Positions 1 to 9,304 of a DNA stretch of 16,616 bases are shown in pieces. The notes beneath the pieces are model-generated. The model had not been told where the DNA came from and did no database searches. It saw only the letters and a list, made by a program, of their open reading frames with translations. The position numbers and the translations under genes are program-made. The first letter of the stretch is position 1. Every line of letters starts with the position of its first letter. Origin of the DNA: Candidatus Bathyarchaeia archaeon (GTDB lineage: Archaea > Thermoproteota > Bathyarchaeia > Bathyarchaeales > Bathycorpusculaceae); NCBI GenBank assembly GCA_038883795.1, contig JAVZLK010000035.1:1-16616 (forward strand), given 5' to 3'.

Positions 1-304
1 GTATAAAAACACTGATTCTTCTATCCTTAGAATTGGACGGGTTGCTGCCTTGCAAATCGTCCATCCTGCAAAGTCTCCAAACCTATGTTAATAATTCAGC
101 TTTTTTGTTTTACGCATAACTACGTCTTCCAGAATATTCCCAGAAAGAAATATCGCCAAACTAAGCCATCAACAACCTTTTTAGCTCTGCCGAAAACACC
201 AAATTTATGGCTAATTTCAACGCAAATTGGCTAGCCCTCTAAATTCTGTTCAACCGCATTACAAGACACGAAACAAAACTCACCAGCGCCCTTGATCACA
301 GTAG

Positions 305-331
305 TGGTGGGGTAGCTGGGATTTGAACCCA
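305..331 (-). repeat. Distal att site of element A: 27-bp duplicate of the tRNA-Pro 3' end
   Basis: TGGTGGGGTAGCTGGGATTTGAACCCA at 305..331 is identical to 10898..10924 (CCA, acceptor 3' strand, T-arm). The sequences diverge on both sides. Confidence 0.95.
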
Positions 332-343
332 AAATAGCGACGG

Positions 344-368
344 ATGGAGATATCTCCCGCAAAATCCC
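344..368 (+). repeat. Conserved element-end motif, copy 1 (candidate integrase arm or accessory site)
   Basis: ATGGAGATATCTCCCGCAAAATCCC matches the reverse complement of 16218..16241 at 22 of 25 positions. It lies 12 nt inside the att core and is followed by a T-tract. Confidence 0.8.
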
Positions 369-529
369 CTCTTTTTCTATTCACAACATTTTTGAAAGTT
401 TAATTTTTGTTTTTTATTTTATAGCACAAACAGAAACAGAGAATGGAATAACGCATCCCTTAAGATTAAGTTTAGTTTTCTCGAGTTTAGATAATGTTAG
501 TGATCTATGAGTTAGAATGTAATGACTGT

Positions 530-1074
530 TCACGTAGACATATAGATGCCTAACGTTACATTTGCATTTAACTGGACAGCGATAAAATCTGGTAATCGCA
601 CGAAGCTAAAGAATCCTATCCATAACTTTAGAGCTACAACCTGATATGTTTTTACTGTGAGTTATAAGTGTTATAAACAATGTAGCGGTCTTGCCACTAA
701 AAGCCACCATTAGGTACACTCCATCCAATACCTATTGATGCGTTGCCGCCAACATCTAGTGCAATTGTTATTCGTTCATAGCCTTCTACATTGAAGCAAC
801 GCCAAACTGAAGGTACTCCTCCGGGAAGGGCGACGTGAAATCTTTCGCCGTACATATATGTTGTGTGAATTATTTTTACGTTTTTTGTTGAGTTTCCTCT
901 TGTACCGAATGCCGAAACCGCCATAACTGTGTCTGTCATGCTTATTTCTCCATTATCGTCGTAGTCAAGCCATGGATCATTCCTGACAATTTGCTGCATA
1001 GACACCGAAGAGAAAGCCAAAGTTAACAGGATGGAGCTGATCAAAATTGTAACTGCAAGCTGTTTCCTATTCAT
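530..1074 (-). pseudogene. Secreted protein with a single dockerin/EF-hand-like loop, probably disrupted
   Basis: Signal peptide (MNRKQLAVTILISSILLTLAFSS) and loop DPWLDYDDNGEISMTD..AFGT. The ORF stops at TAG 697..699, but plausible coding continues (WQDRYIVYNTYN), then after a frameshift near 660 reads TVKTYQVV...NVTLGIYMST to TGA 530..532. Confidence 0.55.
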
Positions 1075-1152
1075 AAGGCTTTATCACTTTTTCCTTCTAA
1101 TCTATCATTTTCAATCATCTTTAAAAAAGAAAAAGGAAGTGTTGAAAAATGT

Positions 1153-3333
1153 TTAAGGTGAAGATGGAGGCGGCGGCGGTGGTGGCTGCCATGGCGGGCT
1201 TGTTTTTCCGAAGTATTTGCAGACGAAGCCTAGGTCTTTGGCGTCTACTTTGCGGTCGTTGTTGACGTCTGCTCTGAAGCACCATCTTGGGTGCATGTTT
1301 GGGCATGGAGTGGAGCCGAAGGCTTTGCCTACTACACCAATATCTTTGGCATCTACTTTGCCGTCATAGTTGGTGTCGCATGGTAAATAGTGGCATATCG
1401 GCTGTGGCGGCGTAATGTCGTATAATGCGTGGGGGACATAATACCATTTCCATAGGTTGTAGGCGTATATTCCGCGAAATACCGGATTATAATACCAATC
1501 TACTACCCAGTCTCGTTCCCAATGACGTCTCAGCGGTTGGCTTATTGGCACGCTTGGACAATCCTCGACAGCAAGCAACTGAATATTAAGGTATATTAGG
1601 GCCCTCTCCAATCCATCTTTTACTTTAACACCTTTCTCTATAAGTTCATCCATTGTTGGGTTACAATATCCCTGATAAGCAGCCATCCCCATTTTACTAT
1701 GATAGAAATTGCTAGCAAAGTCGTGTGGATCTGCATAGCAAAATGTATATCCGAAAATAAAGAGCGGAGCCCATTTATTTTTTATCGCCCTGAAATATTC
1801 TGGAATAGGTAAGGCTACAATATTAACATGGAACTTTGGATTAAGCGCTTCAATGTTTTCTTTAATGATCTCTGCAGCTATTCTTCTCGGCTCATTTCCC
1901 GTATTATACAGTATTGTTATTGTGAAGCCTGTCCGCCACACGCTTGCCGCTTGAAATTCCTCTATAGCCTTTGTTAGGTTGTAGGTGTAGCCTTGCACTG
2001 GAGCGTAGTAAGGCAAGCATGGGACGATAGCTGTTGGAGGTGCTATAGCCTCACCTGCATAGGCTTGCTGTAGAAATCTTTGATAGTCGAATGCGTAGGC
2101 AAAGCCTTTCCTAATATGCGAGTAGTTAAAGAAGTCTCTTGGAATACCATCCTCGCTCCACCATCCTGGAGGATATATTATACCATAAGGGGTTTCTGGA
2201 TTAACATCAAAAACATAAAATATGGCTTCCACGGCAAGTTCAGGCAGTGGATACATAAATCTCACTCCTGGTTTCTGATAAAATTCAGTTGCGCTAATAC
2301 CTGGTATATCGATTGATCCGTTAAGGAACCCTTGAATAATTTCTTCCTTTGTCAAGCCCCATTTTACAGTGAAGGATGTAACCCAACCAGCCGGTTTGGT
2401 GCCAAAACATGCAGGGAAGTCCGCTGGCCATCCTCTCCAGTAATCATAGTTTATAACAACCCTCCAGTATCTCTCCGGTTCGGATATCGTATCTAACATG
2501 AATGGCCCTGTCCCACACATAACTGGGTATGGTTCGTCTAGAGGAGATGTTGGCAAGTGATGGTAATTTATCCAATCAGTATAGTCGCCCCATTCGCCAC
2601 CCCATTCCTTCCGGTTAAGCCATCCGATCACGTATTCGTTTATCCAAGCTTTGCTCAATATGCTTGAGTATGGCTGGCATAAAATCTGTAGGAATGGCGG
2701 ATATATTGCTGGGAAAACAAAGTTGAACCAGACATGAGTAGCATTTGACTCAACAGCGTGATCTATGGCCTTTCCAACGTTAATAATGCCCTCAGGTGTG
2801 CTGAGGTTAAATTGTGGACCATATTTTATGAGGTCTTCAGCTCCGGAAGCGTTTAGGAGAGGGGTGTAAATAGTCCACGCTAGCCCTTCATCGTAAACCA
2901 TGACACGCTCAAAAGTGTACTCAACATCCTCAGGTTTAAGCGGATAGTAATGCAATTCAATGTCACGGAAGTACACTCCAGTCCTTATTTCAAAGATGTA
3001 CCTATAGAACCACGGCAACCCTTCAGGACTAACGCTTCCTGTAATGTTCTCAACAACCCATTTTGTCGCAAGCTGAGGCATAATATGATCGGATGTAACC
3101 CTTTCGCCGTCATAGAACAACAAAGTCTCATAGATATTAAAAATTAGCTCAGCACTTGCATCATCAAAACACCGCGCTGGATCAACCGTTTCAGGCCCAT
3201 CAATGGTTCCCTTAATGAGATGGTAGACCTCATTAATTGGAGGAAATGCATACGCCGGAATAATGCTAAAAACGTTTAGGCTTACTGTTATGACAGTTAT
3301 CCAAAAAATACCCACCAACAATTTTCTCCTCAT
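1153..3333 (-). CDS. ABC transporter substrate-binding protein (family 5, DppA/OppA-like) with C-terminal dockerin-like domain and poly-Pro tail, 726 aa
   Basis: Motifs GPETVDPA, NIYETLL, PQLATKW, PEDVEYTFER, GTGPF, IRKGFAYAFD and YADPHDF. Duplicated D-x-N-x-D-x-KVDAKD loops at the C-terminus. The ATG at 3333 follows GGGAGGAG and starts a signal peptide, so it is preferred over 3546. Confidence 0.92.
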   Translation of the reverse strand: MRRKLLVGIFWITVITVSLNVFSIIPAYAFPPINEVYHLIKGTIDGPETVDPARCFDDASAELIFNIYETLLFYDGERVTSDHIMPQLATKWVVENITGSVSPEGLPWFYRYIFEIRTGVYFRDIELHYYPLKPEDVEYTFERVMVYDEGLAWTIYTPLLNASGAEDLIKYGPQFNLSTPEGIINVGKAIDHAVESNATHVWFNFVFPAIYPPFLQILCQPYSSILSKAWINEYVIGWLNRKEWGGEWGDYTDWINYHHLPTSPLDEPYPVMCGTGPFMLDTISEPERYWRVVINYDYWRGWPADFPACFGTKPAGWVTSFTVKWGLTKEEIIQGFLNGSIDIPGISATEFYQKPGVRFMYPLPELAVEAIFYVFDVNPETPYGIIYPPGWWSEDGIPRDFFNYSHIRKGFAYAFDYQRFLQQAYAGEAIAPPTAIVPCLPYYAPVQGYTYNLTKAIEEFQAASVWRTGFTITILYNTGNEPRRIAAEIIKENIEALNPKFHVNIVALPIPEYFRAIKNKWAPLFIFGYTFCYADPHDFASNFYHSKMGMAAYQGYCNPTMDELIEKGVKVKDGLERALIYLNIQLLAVEDCPSVPISQPLRRHWERDWVVDWYYNPVFRGIYAYNLWKWYYVPHALYDITPPQPICHYLPCDTNYDGKVDAKDIGVVGKAFGSTPCPNMHPRWCFRADVNNDRKVDAKDLGFVCKYFGKTSPPWQPPPPPPPSSP

Positions 3334-3778
3334 TTCTCCTCCCAATAATAATGAGAACTTAAAAGAGAATATAAATTTTTCATGAAAATTTTCGTGTAAA
3401 AGGAAGGCGAGAATAGTTACCTTTAAGTTGCCAACTAGAAGAGGGGAGGGCTGAAGTTTAAGCCTTATCTTAAGGGTTTTCATGATCTTCAGTACGGAAA
3501 ATTTAGCAACAATTGAAAGTGGTGTTTGACTGCCCCCAGTTATCATCGTGGAAATGAAAATAGCTGAATCAAAAATATTAAAGAATGGCTTAAAAACGGC
3601 AAATATAAGCGAAAGACCACCACTTCAATTTTCATGAAGCTTTAGCACTCGAGCCGATTATTTCAAACATAATTTGCATGTGGTTTATAGTGAAATATCT
3701 TGGCGATTATCGTGGAAAAACCCTCATCCACGTTTTGGCTCAATTATAGTAAAACAGGTAAGTTGAAGTTATATGTAG

Positions 3779-4006
3779 TTATATTGAGTAAAATGATAAA
3801 ATTCTGCGCCTTATTCTTCTACGATTAAGCCTGTAACTCGCAAATATTTTGGAAGGCTGACTATCTGGGATTCTTAAATGTCCTGAAGGCAGCTTTATAC
3901 ACGCTATTAAGCCCTTCTTAATCCACCTGTATATGGTTTGGTCTGTCACGCCCAGCATATGCGCAACTTGCCTAACCTTATAGTAGGAAGGGTAACGTCT
4001 ATCCAT
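3779..4006 (-). CDS. Excisionase-like (MerR/HTH_17-type) helix-turn-helix protein
   Basis: YKVRQVAHMLGVTDQTIYRWIKKGLIACIKLPSGHLRIP is the typical Xis-like HTH-plus-wing pattern. Confidence 0.85.
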   Translation of the reverse strand: MDRRYPSYYKVRQVAHMLGVTDQTIYRWIKKGLIACIKLPSGHLRIPDSQPSKIFASYRLNRRRIRRRILSFYSI

Positions 4007-4142
4007 TCGATCTTCTAGGTAATATGGGTTTAACCTTCATTTAAGCTTTAAACGCATCTAAAACGCCTTTAAGCTTCAAATTTAAGCCTTTTCCGCGCGA
4101 AGCTTATATTTTCATGCTTCTTTAACGTTAAATTGGATAAAT

Positions 4143-4415
4143 ATGCCCTCTAGGAGGATACATGAGCATTTGGATATGCTGCTTTTCGGCAAACGTTACA
4201 GTTGGCTCCATAGGTGGATGGATGAGCCATGGAGAAGCCGAGGCAAAAAACATAGGCAATTGCGCCATGATCCGCAAAAAACACCAATGCAAGCCTTTGT
4301 CCTCTCTAGTGGAGACTGGAAAGCCTACATATCAGCATTATGCCACATCATGTTAGATAAACTTTCAATAAATCCTGCTGCTGTCGAATTGTTGTACTTC
4401 ATAATAAAGCATTAA
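4143..4415 (+). CDS. Small His/Asp-rich hypothetical protein, probably metal-binding
   Basis: 90 aa with HEH, HRWMD, HRQLRHD and HIMLD motifs. Divergent from the HTH gene, with an AT-rich promoter-like region upstream. Confidence 0.7.
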   Translation: MPSRRIHEHLDMLLFGKRYSWLHRWMDEPWRSRGKKHRQLRHDPQKTPMQAFVLSSGDWKAYISALCHIMLDKLSINPAAVELLYFIIKH

Positions 4416-4535
4416 AAACCTTGATCCCTTATGCCATTAGAATAATTAGAATACATTCACGAAGCTCTTCAAAAGCGGAGGTAGGATATAAGGCTGAGGT
4501 TCCTGAAGCGTTACATTTTACCATAAAATTTTTAA

Positions 4536-4610
4536 CCCCAAACCCAAACCCAACCCCGCTCGTTCTCTTTTTCTTTCTCCCCGCTCGCACGCTCGCTCGC
4601 AAGCTCGCCA
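4536..4610 (-). repeat. G-quadruplex-forming tract plus clustered GCTCG repeats
   Basis: The minus strand of 4536..4557 reads GGGGTTGGGTTTGGGTTTGGGG. On the plus strand GCTCG occurs at 4558, 4583, 4591, 4595 and 4603, and CCCCGCTCG occurs at 4554 and 4579. Confidence 0.8.
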
Positions 4611-4613
4611 CAG

Positions 4614-4745
4614 TCACAAGCAAACAAACCTAAGCTTCCATTCAGGCTTTTCGTTTCTCAGGTATTTGGCTAAAAGATAGGCTTCCTCGTTAATGAGGGT
4701 TTCAACTGTTTGGCTTTTCCCATGCTTAATTCTTGGAATATTAAT
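4614..4745 (-). pseudogene. cas1: Probable C-terminal remnant of a solo Cas1/casposase-like endonuclease
   Basis: INIPRIKHGKSQTVETLINEEAYLLAKYLRNEKPEWKLR resembles, from memory, the C-terminal helix of solo Cas1 proteins in Bathyarchaeia/Nitrososphaeria. The upstream part of the ORF overlaps the next gene and looks non-coding. Not verified by search. Confidence 0.6.
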
Positions 4746-4849
4746 GCATATCCACATACCATAACGTTTAATTTTTTGCTGCAACTTATAAAGAATTTTC
4801 GTAAAAAATAAATCTGGAAACCATGGATTAAATCGTGAGGAGAAGGGAA

Positions 4850-6484
4850 ATGAAAGAAATGGCTTATGGAATAATGCTAACAGTATTGTTGCTCGTTGCT
4901 TTCGTATTTCCGATGAATCCAGCATATGCGTCTACTCAAGTAACTTCCTTTAACCCAGCTCTATACAATATTCAGAATATCTCGAGAACTTGGATTGTTA
5001 ACACACCGAATTATAAAGAGGCTATTATAAATATTATTACAACTGAACAGACTTTTGAATTTCATTTTAACATAACTATCATTGAAGATGACTTTGAAAC
5101 AATTTTTAACGTGTCAACGTCATTACCGGATATTGGTCCTGTCTACTTTATTTCAAGATTTCCAGATACTTTGGGAGGTGCACCTTACACTGGTAGGTGT
5201 ACGACTGTTGAAGCGTTTCGGTTGGACATCCCCTCATGGCTTGTCCCAATACTCGAAAGCATTTTAGCAGCTTTAACTTGTGCGTTATTAGTTGCAATAA
5301 TAATTGTAATTGTGGACATGATTCTAGAAATTTTATGTAGTGAAGGTTTAGTTTCAGGTCCACTATGGGACTTTATTGGAAGATTTGGCACAGTTTTACT
5401 TTCTATTCCATGGATTTTCTTGACAGTTTTTCAAGAAAAAAATCCAGATGGTTCGGTGACGTTGTACTTTCCTTACATGTATACGGAAGGAAGCAATTTT
5501 GATTATGCTATTGATTTACTATTTAATTATAACGAATATGCTATTGCAAGCAACATGAGTTGGTGGAGAATTGTGAAACATGTATATCGAGTATTTTGGC
5601 TTGAGTTCATTTGGTTTTCAGCTGAATGGTATGGATTTGTTTACCCTCCTGAAGAGTGGTGTAAACCAACTCCGCCAATTATAATACTTCCACAACCATG
5701 GATTTATAAACCAATGCCATTATTTGTTTATGGTCCGCAACCGCCATTTGTGGGAGACGCTGTAACATTCATTTCAGCGAGCTATTCACCAAATGGAACT
5801 ATAACATACGTGCATTGGTCTTTTGGAGATGGTTATGACGCTGAGGGATTCAATGTTACTCATGTATATGGAAAACCTGGAAAATATGTTGTTACAATGG
5901 ACGTAATTGATAATTGGAATTCAATAGCCACAATTTCATATGTTATAGATGTTCTGTTACCAGCAACAGTTGACATAGAACCTGCATGCCTTATTTTAAA
6001 AACTGGAGGTAACTGGACCGCTGCCTATATCGAGCTTCCAGAAGGCTATAATGTAAGTGATATTAACGTAAACTCGATAATGCTGAACGGCACAGAACCG
6101 GTGGTCCCTACAGCTCCCACCTTATTGGGAGACCATGACCGCGACGGCTTTCCAGACTTGATGGTTTTATTTAATAGAACAGCCGCTGTACAGCTCATAA
6201 TTTCACAGGGCATTATGGTTGGAAATGTGGCAATAACTATAACAGGTCAGCTTGCTGATGGTGCGGGGTTTATGGGAAGCGGCGTTATAAGTGTTAGGAT
6301 GCCAGGAGACCTAAACATGGACGGCATGGTAGACATGAAAGACATTTCCTTAGCAGCCAGAGCTTTCGGTTCATACCCCGGCCATCCAAGATGGAACTAT
6401 GTGGCTGACGAAAACGAAGACGGCATAATAGATATGCGAGATATAGCCTTAACATGCAGAAACTTCGGAAAAACCTACACATGA
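4850..6484 (+). CDS. Secreted or membrane protein with PKD domain and C-terminal dockerin-like domain
   Basis: Signal peptide ending AYA; internal hydrophobic helices; PKD motif VGDAVTF...WSFGDG...VTHVYGKPGKYVVT; dockerin-like GDLNMDGMVDMKDI...ADENEDGIIDMRDI. The ATG at 4850 follows GAGGAGAAGGG; GTG 4835 is an alternative start. Confidence 0.9.
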   Translation: MKEMAYGIMLTVLLLVAFVFPMNPAYASTQVTSFNPALYNIQNISRTWIVNTPNYKEAIINIITTEQTFEFHFNITIIEDDFETIFNVSTSLPDIGPVYFISRFPDTLGGAPYTGRCTTVEAFRLDIPSWLVPILESILAALTCALLVAIIIVIVDMILEILCSEGLVSGPLWDFIGRFGTVLLSIPWIFLTVFQEKNPDGSVTLYFPYMYTEGSNFDYAIDLLFNYNEYAIASNMSWWRIVKHVYRVFWLEFIWFSAEWYGFVYPPEEWCKPTPPIIILPQPWIYKPMPLFVYGPQPPFVGDAVTFISASYSPNGTITYVHWSFGDGYDAEGFNVTHVYGKPGKYVVTMDVIDNWNSIATISYVIDVLLPATVDIEPACLILKTGGNWTAAYIELPEGYNVSDINVNSIMLNGTEPVVPTAPTLLGDHDRDGFPDLMVLFNRTAAVQLIISQGIMVGNVAITITGQLADGAGFMGSGVISVRMPGDLNMDGMVDMKDISLAARAFGSYPGHPRWNYVADENEDGIIDMRDIALTCRNFGKTYT

Positions 6485-6798
6485 AATACTTTTCCAACAC
6501 CCATCTTTTTCTAAAAGCCAGAACGTCAAGAAATGGGCCTTAAACTTAGACCCCTTTTTTATTGTGTATGGTGCAAAATACTTTACCTCTTCTTCTTTAA
6601 TTCTGACAATAATAATTTACTTTATTGCTTCAGGATTTTCGCTTGAAAAAAGGTAAAACTAAATGGTTATCGAAGGAAGAGGCTGATGAATTCAGGAACT
6701 GCGCCAAGAGCAAGCAATTGAGGTAGGCTTAGTATATAACACCTCGCCCGAAAAATTTAAGGTTCATTAAATATATTATCTTTGGTTTGGTTTATGGG

Positions 6799-7677
6799 CT
6801 AATTGTCCGGAACCGGACAGCCAAACACCTTAATAATTAGAGGTCGAATTTCACTTTCTGTTAAGGAATCAACATGTTGTGCTAAAAGTTCAGGTTTAAA
6901 GCCTTTAAAGTTGCTCCATAGGTCATCGACATCTGGTAGGTCTGGAATTTTTAGACCGTTTCTTTCAATTATTTTCATTGAACGTTTGATTATCTCGCAA
7001 ATTTCTTCGAGAAACTTTGGCTTTTCTTTTAACATTAAAATACTAGAAAACAGAATGCTCGATCTTTTCAAGTATGCCTTCATAATGTCAATTGAAGGTG
7101 TACTTAAAAGGTAGTCGATAAGTCTTTGCTTCTCATTCTCATTTAAAATGTTATATAATTCAGCGGGGGAATTTTTAGGCAGCACCACAACACATTTACT
7201 TGGTCTACCACCCCTATCAAGAATTAATCCCGTGAATTTTTTTGGTCTGCCTATCTTTTTTGGTATAAAAACTGGTTTGCCAGAAACATATCCGCGCTTC
7301 AAGCCAAATTCCTTATCATCAAAAAGTTGGATATTAACATTTTCGTAGAAAGATTTCAGAGAAGAATACTCATGTTTAAAAATTCTTATAACTTTATGGA
7401 GTTTAACGCCTGAGGCTTCCGCTATCTCGCTATATGCCCCTCCCCTGCCCAAAAATGCTTCTAAAATCTCGCTAGCAATTAAAACCTTTACTTCATCAGG
7501 CAATTCAAACCGAGCAAACCCTTCTAAATTCTTATTTTCAATTTTTCGATTCAATTCATCGGTTAAAAGCAAAATACAGTTTAAGAATCCAGCAAATATC
7601 CTGGAAGGTAGGTTTTCCACGTTTTTTAAAGATTCGCTGCCTCTAAAGTTCAAAGTTTTACCCTCTCTAACCATCAT
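6799..7677 (-). CDS. Hypothetical protein, possible HTH regulator; true start probably downstream (e.g. TTG 7503)
   Basis: Long open frame with HTH-like YSEIAEASGVKLHKVIRIF. The maximal start leaves no room for divergent promoters. Confidence 0.6.
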   Translation of the reverse strand: MMVREGKTLNFRGSESLKNVENLPSRIFAGFLNCILLLTDELNRKIENKNLEGFARFELPDEVKVLIASEILEAFLGRGGAYSEIAEASGVKLHKVIRIFKHEYSSLKSFYENVNIQLFDDKEFGLKRGYVSGKPVFIPKKIGRPKKFTGLILDRGGRPSKCVVVLPKNSPAELYNILNENEKQRLIDYLLSTPSIDIMKAYLKRSSILFSSILMLKEKPKFLEEICEIIKRSMKIIERNGLKIPDLPDVDDLWSNFKGFKPELLAQHVDSLTESEIRPLIIKVFGCPVPDN

Positions 7678-7689
7678 TAGGTGGCACCT

Positions 7690-7872
7690 ATGGAGGTTAA
7701 AAATTTGACGCCTGTAAAAGTGACTAGGGTCACATCAAATGATCGTTGGCCTTTGATATACATTCCAAAAGAGGCTGTTCAGGAGCTGGGGCTTAAAAAG
7801 GGTCAGCGTGTTCTAATGCTTGTTGACCATTCAATCGGAGCTCTAATCATAAAACCTGTTTTCAAGGAGTGA
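7690..7872 (+). CDS. AbrB/MazE/SpoVT-family DNA-binding protein
   Basis: PLIYIPKEAVQELGLKKGQRV swapped-hairpin signature. AGGTG precedes the ATG at 7690. Confidence 0.85.
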   Translation: MEVKNLTPVKVTRVTSNDRWPLIYIPKEAVQELGLKKGQRVLMLVDHSIGALIIKPVFKE

Positions 7873-7879
7873 ACATTAC

Positions 7880-8560
7880 ATGAATTGTCCATCTGAATCC
7901 AGGATAACCGTAATAAAAAATTGCGACATTGAGCTGCGTTTCCAGATGAGAACTGATGTTTCAGAGGCCCTTTCTAGAAGCATAGGTGAACACGGCGTTT
8001 TGGTTCCTCCCGTAATATTGCAGCTTACAGATGACTTAAAAAGAAAATTTCATACCTCAAAATCGTATGTTTGCATTGACGGACATTCAAGACTCAGCCA
8101 GCTGCCTGAAGATTATGAGGTCGAGTGCCAGATCTTAACGTGGGAACAGCTATTCTGCGATTTTGAGAAATTCTGCCGTAGGGCGGGTGTTGACCCGTTA
8201 AAACTTAAAGAAGACGAGATTATAAAAACCTATATTCTTCGACTTCATGCATGCCGGGAGCCCTTGCCCAAAGATGTGTATGTGAAACAAGCGGAAAAAC
8301 TGAAGGAACTAGGCTTTAGTCTGAGGCAGATTGCTGCTTTCCTCGGCATAGCTAAATCCACATTGCATGACTGGATGCAAAAGAAGCCCCTTGGCAATGA
8401 AGACTTAGAGGGCGAAAGTCGCTTGATAAGGAGGCAGTGCGGTTTTTGTGGCAAGTGGATTCGTCAGGGGGCTAAGCCCATATGGTTTCATCCTGAATGT
8501 CACGATAAGGTCACAATTTTAATTGAAAAGGCTAAAGGAGGTGAAAACAGGAATGGGTGA
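7880..8560 (+). CDS. ParB/Srx-domain protein with HTH and C-terminal Zn finger
   Basis: LSRSIGEHGVLVPPVI...CIDGHSRL (ParB N-terminal motif), GFSLRQIAAFLGIAKSTLHDW (HTH) and CGFC...HPEC. RBS GGAGTGA. Confidence 0.82.
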   Translation: MNCPSESRITVIKNCDIELRFQMRTDVSEALSRSIGEHGVLVPPVILQLTDDLKRKFHTSKSYVCIDGHSRLSQLPEDYEVECQILTWEQLFCDFEKFCRRAGVDPLKLKEDEIIKTYILRLHACREPLPKDVYVKQAEKLKELGFSLRQIAAFLGIAKSTLHDWMQKKPLGNEDLEGESRLIRRQCGFCGKWIRQGAKPIWFHPECHDKVTILIEKAKGGENRNG

Positions 8561-8831
8561 AGAGAAATTACCATTAACTGATGAAGACTTCTTCGGGCTG
8601 GTTGATGTTTTGCTTAAGCGTCCGCCAATACAAAGCCAAAGCATGCCAAACATCAAAATCCTCATCGTGGACCACAATGGACAAGAGTATAGAATAGGCG
8701 TGATAGGCAAAGAAGCCTTTGAATCAGTTAAAAAGCATGGCTACAAGGACAGCGACGGCAAAATACACCTTCAAATTCCCAAGACATGCCTGAGGGAGCA
8801 AGGATGCGGATGGATAAACACTCCGTATTAG
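8553..8831 (+). CDS. Hypothetical protein (element A backbone)
   Basis: GGAGGTGA at 8537..8544 precedes the ATG at 8553, which overlaps the previous stop codon region. Confidence 0.75.
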   Translation: MGEEKLPLTDEDFFGLVDVLLKRPPIQSQSMPNIKILIVDHNGQEYRIGVIGKEAFESVKKHGYKDSDGKIHLQIPKTCLREQGCGWINTPY

Positions 8832-8843
8832 AGGTGCGGTTGA

Positions 8844-9182
8844 GTGGCAGGCAAAGCCCCAGTCTACCTACAACTTGCAAATCTTGAATCATTCATTGAG
8901 GAGCTTAAGCACAGAAGCCTGTCTGAAGCTAGGCTATCGGAATGGATCCAGCGCCGTGACATGTTTGAACGGCGAAAGTTTAGAGTTACAGCCTTAGACC
9001 CATATTATGGTCTAATACTACGCTACGAAAGCGTATATTATCAGGGCTTAGCTGTTGACGGCGAAACTGCAGAGCTTAAAAAATCTAGGGAAGAAGCCAA
9101 AAAGCGCATTACTGAAAGGCTTGAGGCTGAGGGAATACGCCTATTTGAAGGCGAATACCACGCTGGAAAGGCTGAATGGTAA
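8844..9182 (+). CDS. Hypothetical protein (element A backbone)
   Basis: GAGGTG RBS before a GTG start; operon spacing; 112 aa, charged and soluble. Confidence 0.75.
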   Translation: MAGKAPVYLQLANLESFIEELKHRSLSEARLSEWIQRRDMFERRKFRVTALDPYYGLILRYESVYYQGLAVDGETAELKKSREEAKKRITERLEAEGIRLFEGEYHAGKAEW

Positions 9183-9304
9183 AACAAGCAGCCTAGACCC
9201 GTCAATGCTGAAATTTTCATTGTCTACGGGTTGCATTTGGCATCTTTGGGTTGCCATTACAATGGGACTGTCGCTCAATCCTCGCTGATTCGGGGCTGCC
9301 ATGA

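Noticed and set aside
100-280. Weak resemblance of the left flank to the 16331..16380 motif
   Set aside because: Only short AT-rich matches, not collinear.
3334-3546. 71-aa N-terminal extension of the ABC binding protein
   Set aside because: The RBS and signal peptide point to ATG 3333.
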